A stretch of DNA of 64,000 bases from Elusimicrobia bacterium GWA2_66_18 (GTDB lineage: Bacteria > Elusimicrobiota > Elusimicrobia > UBA1565 > UBA9628), in assembly GCA_001799675.1 (NCBI GenBank), contig MGTX01000006.1:44316-108315 (forward strand). The letters are read 5' to 3'. How positions within the stretch are numbered: the stretch's first letter is position 1; each line of letters starts with the position of its first letter. This document shows positions 14,652 to 24,000 of the stretch, in pieces. The notes beneath the pieces were generated by a model. It made no database searches. It saw only the letters and a program-made list of their open reading frames with translations, and had not been told where the DNA came from. The translations under genes were made by a program, and so were the position numbers.

Positions 14652-16188
14652 CCGTCCCGCCGTTCGGGCGCTGCTCGCCCTCTCCGGCGCCGCCCTGCTC
14701 GTCGGCTGGATCTGGAGTCGCGCAGCTCCGTGCGGGGGATGGGAAAACTCCGTCTTTGGCTTCCGTCTTTGGAACGAGTCCGATCCGGGCGGATACTACG
14801 TCCCCAGCGCCCACGAGCTCGGCCGCTGGCGCGGACGTCTGCTCTACCCCGGCCACCCCGGGCTGACGCTGCAGGTCCTGCTGCGCGCCCTGCAGGAAAC
14901 CTACTTCCGCCTGCGAGCTCCGGCGGGCGCGTCCCTCGGTTTCACCGCCTTCACCGCGAAGAACATCGTGAGCGTATTCCTCCTTTCGAAGATGATGATC
15001 GCGTCGCTGCATGTCCTCTCTTTCTGGCTCTTCTTGCCGTTCGCGCGACGGCTTCTGTCCAGCGAGTTCGCATCGCTCCTCGCGGTCCTCGGGTACGCGA
15101 CCTCTCTTCCCGTCGTCTACTATCTCACTCGCGTCTCGGTGGAGCCGCTGATGGTCGTCTTCTTTCTCGCGGCGTTCCTCTGCGTCTGGCGCTGCGGCGA
15201 GGACTTGGAGTGCGGCCGACCGAGGAGGGCGATCCTCGACGGCGCGCTGTCCGGCGCGGCGGCGGCCGGAGCGCTCGCCACGAAGTTCCACCTGCTCTGG
15301 CCGCTTCCCGCGGTCTGCCTGCTGCACCTGTGGTGGGGCGATGGAGCGCGGCGGCAGCGGGGCCGCGGGCCGGCGGTCATCGGATTCATCGCGGGGGCGT
15401 CGGCGTCCTTCGCCTGGTATTGCCGGATCCTCGATTGGAGGGACTTTTTCGCCTATTGGGATGTGGGCGGCGCGGGAGGGCTCACCGTTCTCGGGGGCCT
15501 CGCGGCCCTCGTCCGCGGCGCGGCGCGCCTCCCGTTGGGGGAGTTGCTTCCGGCGCGGACGAGGTCGGGGCTCTTCCTCTTTTGCGAGTGGCCGCTGCTG
15601 GCGGCCGCGGCGTACGGCCTGTTCCTGGAGGTCCGGCGCCCCGACGCTCCCTGGGGCCGCTGGTTCTGGTTGGCGCTGGCCGGGAGCTACACCGTCTTGA
15701 TATGGGCTTACCGCTGCTTTGCGGTGAGCGGGGATTTTCACGGCTTCCATTATCTCTTCGTCTTCATCCTGCTGGCGTCCGTCTTTTTCGGCCGCGCCTG
15801 CGACGCCTTCATTGCGCGCCTGCCCTTCACGGCGCGTTGGCAGCGCGCCGCTGCGGCCGCGCTCTTCGTGGCCGTAAGCCACGCCATGGTCCTGGCAGCC
15901 GCCCGGGACGCTTACGCCTACGACGCCGCGCAATACGCCCGCATCCGGGCCTTCGGCTCGGCCCTGGCCGCGGCGCGGGCAGGGGAGCGGGTCGGCCTCG
16001 TCGGGAGAGTGGGCGCGCCCGTGTCCGTCCTTCTGGGCCTCGGCGTCCTGCGCGATTCGCAGCCGAGGCGCTCCGCTCTCATCGACGCGGTCGACGGCTC
16101 GTTCATTGCCGGAAACGCCGGCTCCGGTCCCACCGTGGAGATTTTCGAGGCCGGGGGGATGAAGTCGGCCCGCCGTCGGGGAGAGTAG
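14641..16188 (+). CDS. hypothetical polytopic membrane protein (possibly glycosyltransferase-like)
   Basis: 515 aa, >10 hydrophobic helices; start overlaps speA stop; no confident family assignment. Confidence 0.5.
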
Positions 16189-16281
16189 TTGCCGAGCCAT
16201 GCAGCGCGCGGATGCCCGGAGATTGCCTCAGAGCCTGGGACTTTTGCCGCGGTTTGCTAGGACTTTCGCCTCTCTCGCTCG

Positions 16282-17610
16282 GTGCGAGACTTGGTTATCA
16301 TAATGATGATGAAAATCCGACGAGGTCTCGCCGCCGTGCTTCTTGGGATTGCCGTTCCGGCATCGGCCGTGGTGGAAGCGCGTCCGGCGGCGGGCGTTCG
16401 GCCGGCGCCGGCGCTTGTCGCGTCGGCGCCGACGTTCGCGCTGCGCGCCGCCGCCGTCGCGCTGCCGGCGCCGGAGCCTCTTCTGAGCGCGCCGCCTGCC
16501 GAGGCATCGTTGCCTCCGGTCCAGGTGCGCGCGGCGGCGCTTTCCGGAGCGTTGGCCGAGTTCGCCCGTACGGATCTCCAGGAGGCGTCGTCGGTCGAAG
16601 TCCGCGACGCGGGCGACATCCTGATGCTGCGCGCGCTGGGCGCGGACGCGCTCGGCGCGGCGTCCGTCCCGGCCGCGCCCTCCGACTCCCCGGCGCCGCC
16701 GCTCGCCTTGCCGCAGCGGGTCTCGCGGCCCGCCGAGCATCGAATCTATCTGCTGTCGAAGCCTCTGCACGAGAAGATGCACCTCGGGCCGCTGTCGATT
16801 GCTTTTCACTTGACGTGGAGTATTTCCTTGGAAGTGGCCCAGGCGTTGTTCATTTGGAAGGAGACGGGCTCGCTGATAGCGCCGGCGACCACGTTCCTGC
16901 TCGGGCTGCCGTGGGCCCCGGCGTCGATCATGGGGCGCACTTCGGTGGACCTGGGGCTGCGCTACTGGAGACGCAAGCTCGCGGTGCTGCGCGAGCTCGC
17001 GCGGACGCCGGGCGTGGAGCGCCTGCGGGTGCTGACGACCGGAGACGTCGAGTTCCTCGGTCCGATCGCGCGGCGCAAGGACAACACGGGGTTGATCTTC
17101 GTCGAGGCTTCCTCAGAGCTTCCCCGGGAGTTCGGCCGTTTCGGCACGCCGATTCACATCGCGGATGTCGACACCCATCACGTGCGCATGACGCTCGTCG
17201 GCGCCCAGCAGCGCGCGGAGACGGACTGGACGCGGTCTCTCAGCGGGATGCTCGAAGGATGGCCGATCCCGCAGGAAACCGCGGCCGCGTGGAGGGAGGA
17301 ACACAAGCGTCTGAGATCCGCCGGCGCGAAAACGGCGCACTTCCGCGTGGAGGCGGTCTTGGTCGGTCCCGACGGGGAATCGCGCCCGCTCGGCGCGATC
17401 ATCCACGGTCCCGCGGTCAAGACCTTGATCGGCCTCGGGATATTGGATCGAGTGCTCTCGGGGCTCGGCCGGGGGCGGCTGTCCCGCCGGATCTCGATTT
17501 CGGATACCATCATCGAACGGCCGGGAGATTTAGTCGAATCCGGCTGGCAGGCGTCGCTTCGGCGCGCGTGGCGCCGGATTTCGGGGCGGCTGATCGTCGT
17601 CAAACCCTGA
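16282..17610 (+). CDS. hypothetical exported protein with Ala/Pro-rich N-terminal region
   Basis: Signal-like MMMKIRRGLAAVLLGIAVPASAVV; unknown ~300-aa C-terminal domain. Confidence 0.5.
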   Translation: MRDLVIIMMMKIRRGLAAVLLGIAVPASAVVEARPAAGVRPAPALVASAPTFALRAAAVALPAPEPLLSAPPAEASLPPVQVRAAALSGALAEFARTDLQEASSVEVRDAGDILMLRALGADALGAASVPAAPSDSPAPPLALPQRVSRPAEHRIYLLSKPLHEKMHLGPLSIAFHLTWSISLEVAQALFIWKETGSLIAPATTFLLGLPWAPASIMGRTSVDLGLRYWRRKLAVLRELARTPGVERLRVLTTGDVEFLGPIARRKDNTGLIFVEASSELPREFGRFGTPIHIADVDTHHVRMTLVGAQQRAETDWTRSLSGMLEGWPIPQETAAAWREEHKRLRSAGAKTAHFRVEAVLVGPDGESRPLGAIIHGPAVKTLIGLGILDRVLSGLGRGRLSRRISISDTIIERPGDLVESGWQASLRRAWRRISGRLIVVKP

Positions 17611-17620
17611 CCGAGTCTCC

Positions 17621-19987
17621 TTGATAAAGTTCTGGCTCTGCCTGGCGCTGGCCGTCTCGACCTCCGCCGCTTCCGCGGTTTCGGCGGCGCTCAACGCTCC
17701 GGCGCGGGGCGCGACGGCGCCCGGCGCCCTGCACGCCTCGCCGGTGTCGTCTTGGACGCCCGTCTTCGACGCTCCCCTGTCGAACGCCGCCTCGCTGCTT
17801 GTCGATACCAGCTTTTCTCCGATCTTGCGGGCCCTGGAACTGAAGGGTTGGACGCCTCGGGGCTATGCCGCCGCCGCCGAGGCCGTGAAGACCTCGGCCA
17901 TCGCCGAGGCCGTCGCCGCCGTCCGCGCGCAAGCCGCCGAGGAGGCCGCCCGCGCGTTGGCCGAGATCGCCCAAGCCGATCCCGCTTCGCCGGAGTATCC
18001 CATCCTCGCGGCCCGCCTCGCTCAGCTGGCCGGGCCGTTTTCCGGCTTCGTGCCCGACGAGCACCGCGCCGCCGTGCTGCTGGCCGCGCGCGCCGCCTCC
18101 GCCCGGATGGGGGCCGCAAAGAGCGAGAAGCTGGCGCGCTTAATCGAGACGATGCAGGAGAATCTAAGCCGCCCCGGGGAGCTTTTAGAGACGGCCGTCG
18201 AAGCATTCGTCGCCGACCTGGCCGACCCGCCGGCGCGCCTCATGACGCCGGGCGTGGCCAGGCTGCGCGAGGCCGGCGACCCCGTCCTCAAGGAGGCGCC
18301 GCCCCCGCCGTCGTCGGGCCTTGTTTTCGGCTCTAAGGTGGGTCTGCTGAAGACGCGTCAGGCCGCCGTCCGCCTCGTCGCGCGCGGCCTCTATCGTCCG
18401 CTGCTCGACGCCTTCCGCCTCGTGATGACCCGCGCCGGCGAGATCTGCCGCAAGTACATCTCCGGACGGGAGCAGGACAAGCATAATTTCCGCTGGAGCG
18501 TGCTGGAGTTCCTTCACCGGAAGGGCGACTTCCGCGGCTCCTTCGGCCATCCCGTCTATCAGGGCCAGCCCGAGATCATGTCGCCCGTGATCTTCAACGA
18601 GCCGAACCTGGAATCCCTGCGGACCCAGAAGCACGACCTGCGCGGCGCCCAGATATCCCCCATGCTCGGCATCTCGGGCATGAGCTTCCCCCAGCTTTCC
18701 GCTCAGTCGCACCTTTCCTTGCTCTACATCCATCTCAAGCTCGCCAAGGAGCAGGGAGCGCGCATCCTCTACAACACCGGCGAAGGCGGTCCGGGCCTCC
18801 TGCTCGGCCTGATGGAGGGCGACGCGGCCAAGATGAAAGCCGGCATCGTCGCTTGGAACACGGCCAACGGCCAGTTCCAGGCGGGCAGCTGGAACGAGGC
18901 CAGGATCGTCGCGCTCATCGACGTCTTGATGGCGCAGCGCCGGGCGCTCTTCGCGGAATTCTCCGCGGAGGACTTGGCGCGCGCCCAGATCGTGGCGCAG
19001 TTCGGTTCCGCGCTCAACGGCATTCGCCGCGACGACGCGGAGGGGCGCGTCGACTTCGACAAGCTGCGCCGCGTGGCGGCCAACCCGCATGTGGCCATGG
19101 TGCAGTACAAGCTCAAGCAGGCCGCCAAGCGCGGCGCCAAGATCGATCCGCGCAAAGTCAACGACATCGTGGCGGCATGGCGCGAGATCCCGCGCAACAG
19201 ATCTTTCAGGTCCCCCGAGCGCATCGCCGACATGCAGAGTTACGGGGAGATCGCCGCGCTGATCAAGGCCACCCGCTCCGTCTCCGCGAAGCCCGTCTCG
19301 CTCAAGTTCGGCATCGGCGACGCCGCGGACCTTCTGGATTTCATGCGCTTCCTGCGCGACGCCGACGCCCTGCCCGATCACCTCCAGATCGACGGCCGGG
19401 GCGACGATTTCTCTCCCGGCTCGGGCAACGCCCCGCCCGGCGCCAACACCAGCCTGCCCGCCAACGAAGCGGTCATCGTCATCGACGCCGTCCTTAAGAA
19501 GCTGGGCGCGCGCGACCGCGTCTTCATCGACGCCGGCGGCGATGTCATGCTTGCCGCCGAGGCCGTGGAGAGGCTGGTCCTGGGCGCCGACGGCGTCTGC
19601 GGCGCGCGCACCTGGATGGCGATGGGCTTGGGATGCTCGAAGGTGAAGGCCTGCGCCGACGGCAACTGCCCCTACGGCATCGCCTCCAGGAACGGCTCTC
19701 TCGTCGGCTTGGGCTTGGACCCGCAAGTCCTCGGCCCGAAGGGCTACGCGGCCGCCGCCAACTGGCAGAAGTCCTTCGTCCAGGCGCTCGTGGAAGCGGG
19801 GCTCACCGACTGGCGCAAGGCCCGCGCCGTGCTGGGCCTGGGCACGGGCTCCGCCGCGATCCGGATCAAGGACGGCGCCAAGACCGTCCCGCTCGACCGC
19901 TACTACTCGCCGCAATACGTGGCCGACCTTCTGCGCGGCGCTCTCACGCGGCAGGAAGTCGACCGCCTCGTCTTCGGCCGCCGCTGA
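17621..19987 (+). CDS. signal-peptide-bearing protein with C-terminal glutamate-synthase-type FMN-binding / 3Fe-4S domain (GltS_FMN family)
   Basis: N-terminus MIKFWLCLALAVSTSAASAVSAA; C-terminal half has YNTGEGGP, ...FSPGSGNAPPGANTSLP..., DAGGDVMLAAEAVERLVLGADGV and Cx5Cx4C (GCSKVKACADGNCPYGIA), matching the GltB FMN-domain / 3Fe-4S signature. Confidence 0.65.
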   Translation: MIKFWLCLALAVSTSAASAVSAALNAPARGATAPGALHASPVSSWTPVFDAPLSNAASLLVDTSFSPILRALELKGWTPRGYAAAAEAVKTSAIAEAVAAVRAQAAEEAARALAEIAQADPASPEYPILAARLAQLAGPFSGFVPDEHRAAVLLAARAASARMGAAKSEKLARLIETMQENLSRPGELLETAVEAFVADLADPPARLMTPGVARLREAGDPVLKEAPPPPSSGLVFGSKVGLLKTRQAAVRLVARGLYRPLLDAFRLVMTRAGEICRKYISGREQDKHNFRWSVLEFLHRKGDFRGSFGHPVYQGQPEIMSPVIFNEPNLESLRTQKHDLRGAQISPMLGISGMSFPQLSAQSHLSLLYIHLKLAKEQGARILYNTGEGGPGLLLGLMEGDAAKMKAGIVAWNTANGQFQAGSWNEARIVALIDVLMAQRRALFAEFSAEDLARAQIVAQFGSALNGIRRDDAEGRVDFDKLRRVAANPHVAMVQYKLKQAAKRGAKIDPRKVNDIVAAWREIPRNRSFRSPERIADMQSYGEIAALIKATRSVSAKPVSLKFGIGDAADLLDFMRFLRDADALPDHLQIDGRGDDFSPGSGNAPPGANTSLPANEAVIVIDAVLKKLGARDRVFIDAGGDVMLAAEAVERLVLGADGVCGARTWMAMGLGCSKVKACADGNCPYGIASRNGSLVGLGLDPQVLGPKGYAAAANWQKSFVQALVEAGLTDWRKARAVLGLGTGSAAIRIKDGAKTVPLDRYYSPQYVADLLRGALTRQEVDRLVFGRR

Positions 19988-19993
19988 GGTGAA

Positions 19994-20407
19994 ATGTTGA
20001 GGACTCCACTGCTCTGGATTGCCGCCATGCTCTTCCTGTGGGCGCCGTTCATGCTGCTCACGGGCGGCATCGAGGCCGCCCAGCGCCGCTACGTGCTGTG
20101 GAAGGGGACCCCGGCCGTGGGCGTGGTCACGGGCGTGTCCGCCGCCCGGAGCGGCCTGCGCGTGGACTTCTCATACCGGACGGCCGATGGCCGACAGAAC
20201 GACGGCTTCTCTCTCGTGGGCGGGAACAGTTTCGGCGCCGCGTTCAAGGGCCGCCCGGTGCTGATCCACTTCCTGCCCGCGCCGGACCCGCGGCTGGCCT
20301 CATCGGCCGCGCTCGACGACGACCTGGGCTTCGAGCGCTCCATCCTCATCCAGGCGGGATGTCTGATCGCCGCGGCCCTGCTCTTGCGACTGATGCGCCG
20401 CGCCTAG
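19994..20407 (+). CDS. small two-TM membrane protein (DUF3592-like topology)
   Basis: 137 aa; N-terminal and C-terminal hydrophobic helices flanking a soluble segment. Confidence 0.45.
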   Translation: MLRTPLLWIAAMLFLWAPFMLLTGGIEAAQRRYVLWKGTPAVGVVTGVSAARSGLRVDFSYRTADGRQNDGFSLVGGNSFGAAFKGRPVLIHFLPAPDPRLASSAALDDDLGFERSILIQAGCLIAAALLLRLMRRA

Positions 20408-21048
20408 GGGCTCTTGTCCCCCGGTTCCCCGCGCGGGGTGTTGTTCCAAAGGGACAGGACATAGTCGGCGAATTCCTGGGCCTCGCCCGGGGACTTGAAC
20501 TCCCGCGCGCGCATGAGGTGCGCCAGGACCTGGGAGGGGTGGCTCGCCAGCAGGATCATCTCGTTGACCGTGGCGGTCTCCTCGAAGCGGGGGTCCTCGA
20601 ACTGCTCGAGATTTTTGCGGGCGGCCTCATTGGCGGGCGCCAGGCCGAGGGCGCGCCGCCAGGAGAGGACGGCCTGGATCGTGTCTTTTCTCTCGAAATG
20701 GAGGTTGCCCCAGTCGAGATGGAGTTCGGAGAGCTCGCCCGTCTGCTCGGGCTGGTAGCCCGCTTCGGCCCGCCGCAGGCAGGCCTCGGCATCCCCGAGC
20801 CTGCCCGCGTCCAGCAGTTCCATCGCCTGGAGATGGTTGGCCCGCGCATGGGAGGGATCCGCCGCCAGTATCTTTTCGAGCTCCCGCTTCGCCTGCGCGT
20901 CTTTCTTGAGCATCCTGCAGACGCTGACATAGAGGCAGCCGTCCCGGGCGTCCCGCTCGCGCGGCGCGAGCAGCTCGAAAGCCTTCTCGAACTCGCCTTC
21001 GAGGGCGAACCGCTCGGCCGCCTCGAAGCCGCCGCCGTCCGCGCTCAT
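20404..21048 (-). CDS. TPR-repeat protein, translationally coupled to the giant activase-like gene
   Basis: 214 aa with TPR-like helical repeats; ATG overlaps stop of 21045..27140 gene (ATGA). Confidence 0.6.
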   Translation of the reverse strand: MSADGGGFEAAERFALEGEFEKAFELLAPRERDARDGCLYVSVCRMLKKDAQAKRELEKILAADPSHARANHLQAMELLDAGRLGDAEACLRRAEAGYQPEQTGELSELHLDWGNLHFERKDTIQAVLSWRRALGLAPANEAARKNLEQFEDPRFEETATVNEMILLASHPSQVLAHLMRAREFKSPGEAQEFADYVLSLWNNTPRGEPGDKSP

Positions 21049-24000
21049 CGGGTCCCCTTCGCCTGGCTCTGGGGGTCCATGTACTCCTTGGCCTGATAGA
21101 CGAGGGCCTCGGTGCGGGTCCGGACGTTCTTGAGGTTGCGCGATTCGCTCATGGACACGACCAAAGTCGGGAAATCGCGCTTATCGGGGGGCAGCCCGTT
21201 CTTCATCTTCTGGATCAGGCCCTCGTAGATGGTGTTGGGCAGGCACCCCGCGGGGCCGATCATGATCGCTCCGTCGGCGCCGTGCAGCGCGTACTCCTCC
21301 ATGGCTCCCAAGGTCAGGGGGCCCTCGCCGGACGAGAATTGACCCGTATGCTTGACTCCGTGCCGGATGACGTTCTTGACGTCACGGCCGCGCCCGAACT
21401 CCTTGCGCTGGATCCCCCGGCGCAGCACGCGGTAGATCTTGTCGTCGTATAATCTCAGGAAGCCCTTGCCCGCGAAATAGCCGAGCAGGGACTTGAGTCC
21501 CTTGAACCTGAAGAAATCGCGCCAGCCCATGGTCTCCAGGGGAGAGCCGAATTCGAGGCCGTTGTAGACGAACTCGTTGAAGGGCGCCAGGAACACCTCG
21601 GCGCCCTGGGCCTCGAGTTGGCGGATGATATCGCCGTTGGCGTAGTCGTTCATCCTCAGATAGATCTCCCCCACGAGGCCGATGAGGGGTTTGCGCTGGG
21701 TGCGGTCCTGCGGGACGCCGCGTATCTCCGCGACGAAGCGCTCGAGCGTGGTCAGGAGCTTCCTCTCGTTGCCCATCGCCTCCGCGGCCTCGCGCAGGTA
21801 TTTTTGGTAGACGAGCTCCGTCAGCTTGACCTTGCGCAAATAGTCGGGCGCGGAGGCGTTGATCTGATCCATGTAGTCGCCCAGCACCTGCCTGCCTCCC
21901 GCGAGGATTTCCAGCTTCTTGCGGGCCGAATCCTCCGTGTGGATCTCGTAGGGCCTGTTTTCAAGCAGGAGCTGGTGCAGATAGTCGCCGATGAGAAAGG
22001 ACTTCCAGATGTTGACGGTCAACCGCAAGGACGGGACGAAATGGTTGGGCACGGCGGGGGACTTGGAGCGCCCGGCGAGGTTGGCCACGCGCAAGCCGGG
22101 GAAGCCCGCCTCGCGGAGGCTCGTCTCCAAGGCGCTGGTGTATTGGCTGAAGCGGCAGCTCCCATTGCTCTTGTAGAACATGACCGCGATGTCCCCGGGC
22201 TTGGTCCCGGCCTTGATCTGCTCGCGGATGCCGACGATGGCCTCTCCCATGAGCACGGGGTAGGGCAGGCACTCCTTGCCGTTGGAGTATTTCCTGCCCT
22301 CATCGAGCGCGGCGTCCGTGGCGGGCTTGAAGGCCTCGGCGTCGATTCCCGCGGCCCGCAGCGCCCCTGCCAGAACGACGATGTGGTCCGACATCCTGGG
22401 GATGAAGGTCTTCTTGCCCTTGAGCTCCTCCAGGGTGAGGAATTCCATGGGCTTGGGCGCGGGCCGGCCCGAGGCGGCGAACGCCTCGGCGGTCTCCGCC
22501 TTCTCGATAGTCCTCTGGGCCGCCTCGTTGGCGAGCTTGATGGAGGTGATGTAGGCGTCGATGCGGGTCTTGAAGCCGGCGGCGCTCGTGTGCTCGTCGA
22601 TCTCGAGAACGAGCAGGGGCTTGCCCGCGGCGCGACAGCGCGCCTCCAGCTTCTTGATGATGTAGGCGTCCGGGCCGCAGCGGAAGGGCGTGATGTAGAC
22701 GGGATAGAGGTCGGGGTCGTCGGCGACGATCTCGGCCGCCTGGAGGATCTTGCCCTGGTAGTACCAGGTGTCATCGGCCGCCATGTGGGGGTCGCGGCGA
22801 CCCTCCTCCAGGGCGAGGAAGTCCATGGGCAGGGCCTGCCAGCCGTGCTTGCGCACCTCTCGGGGCACGCCCATGTTCAGCCCGCCGTCGAGGCTGCTGT
22901 AGGGGCGGGAAAGGAAGACGACGCCCTTTTGCCCCTGCTCTCGCATCTCGGACAGGGCCTTGGCGCCCTCCGCGCGCTGAGCCTTGCGGAAGTCCTCGGC
23001 CGCCCGCTCGGCCGCGTCGAAGGCGCGCCGCACCTCGCCGCGGGGCAGCCCGATCCCCGCCCCGAAGCGTTCGAACTGCTCGAGGATTTCCTCGCGCGGC
23101 ACGCTCAGGTCGAGTTCGGGGCTCAAGAACCGCTTGCCGTGCTCCTCAGGATTGAAGACGCCCTTGAGGGCGTAGGGGGCGCCCGTGACCTGGGGGCAGG
23201 GCGAGGCGTGCTTGGAGGCGGGGTTGAACGGCTTGAGCTCCAGGAGGACGGGCAGGAAGATGTCCGTCACCCCCTCCTTCTGCAGAAGGTCGGCCACCAT
23301 GCCGTACAGCATCTTCATCGGCAGGCAGGGGTCGATGTTGAGGTGCTGCTTGGCCAGATCCAGGATATGCTTGTCGCTCGTGCGCGAGGCCACGACCTCG
23401 AAGCCCGCGGCGTTGAAGAAGGCGTGCCAGAAGGGGAAGTTCTCCCAGAAGTTGAGGCCCGCGGGAAAGCCGATGACGCGCCCGTCCCGGGTCTTGATGC
23501 CGGCGGCGGGGACGGCGGAAGGAGCGGGCCGTCCTCCGGCCGCGAGAGTCTTGGCCCAGAGCGTGAAACGCTCTCGGAGGGAGGCCTTCGCGGACGGCGG
23601 CGCGGCCTCGCCCGCGAGATAGTCCTTGGTCAGCAGCTCGTGCCTCCGATGCAGCAGGTCCGGGAGATTATCGGAAAGGCGCTTGAGCTCCTTGGGGATG
23701 CTCTTGTCATGCAGGTCGCAGTTCGGCCCGTAGACCAGCTTCTTGCCTTCCGGGGTCACCAGGTACATGAGCTGGCATTGGTTGGCGCAGGCCGCGCAGC
23801 GCTTGCCCTTGACGACCTCCGTCGGGATGAAGCCCGCCGAAAGCCCGCGGAACTTCGTGGCGACGAGCTTGGCCGCCTCGGGCAGGGAAGCGTCGGCCAG
23901 TTTGTTCTCGTAGCGAGTCTTGGCGATGAGGGCCATCCCGATGGCGCCCATGACCTCCGCGTGCTCCGGGACTTCGACCGGTTTGCCCGTGAGCGCCTCG

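Noticed and set aside
16189-16281. Intergenic region before the exported protein, checked for small RNA/tRNA
   Set aside because: Too short and lacking cloverleaf features. It contains only a plausible -10-like tatcataat element.
14730-17624. 964-aa plus-strand ORF in an alternative frame across the membrane-protein and exported-protein genes
   Set aside because: Extremely Arg/Gly/Pro-rich, no domains. Overlaps two better-supported genes in other frames.
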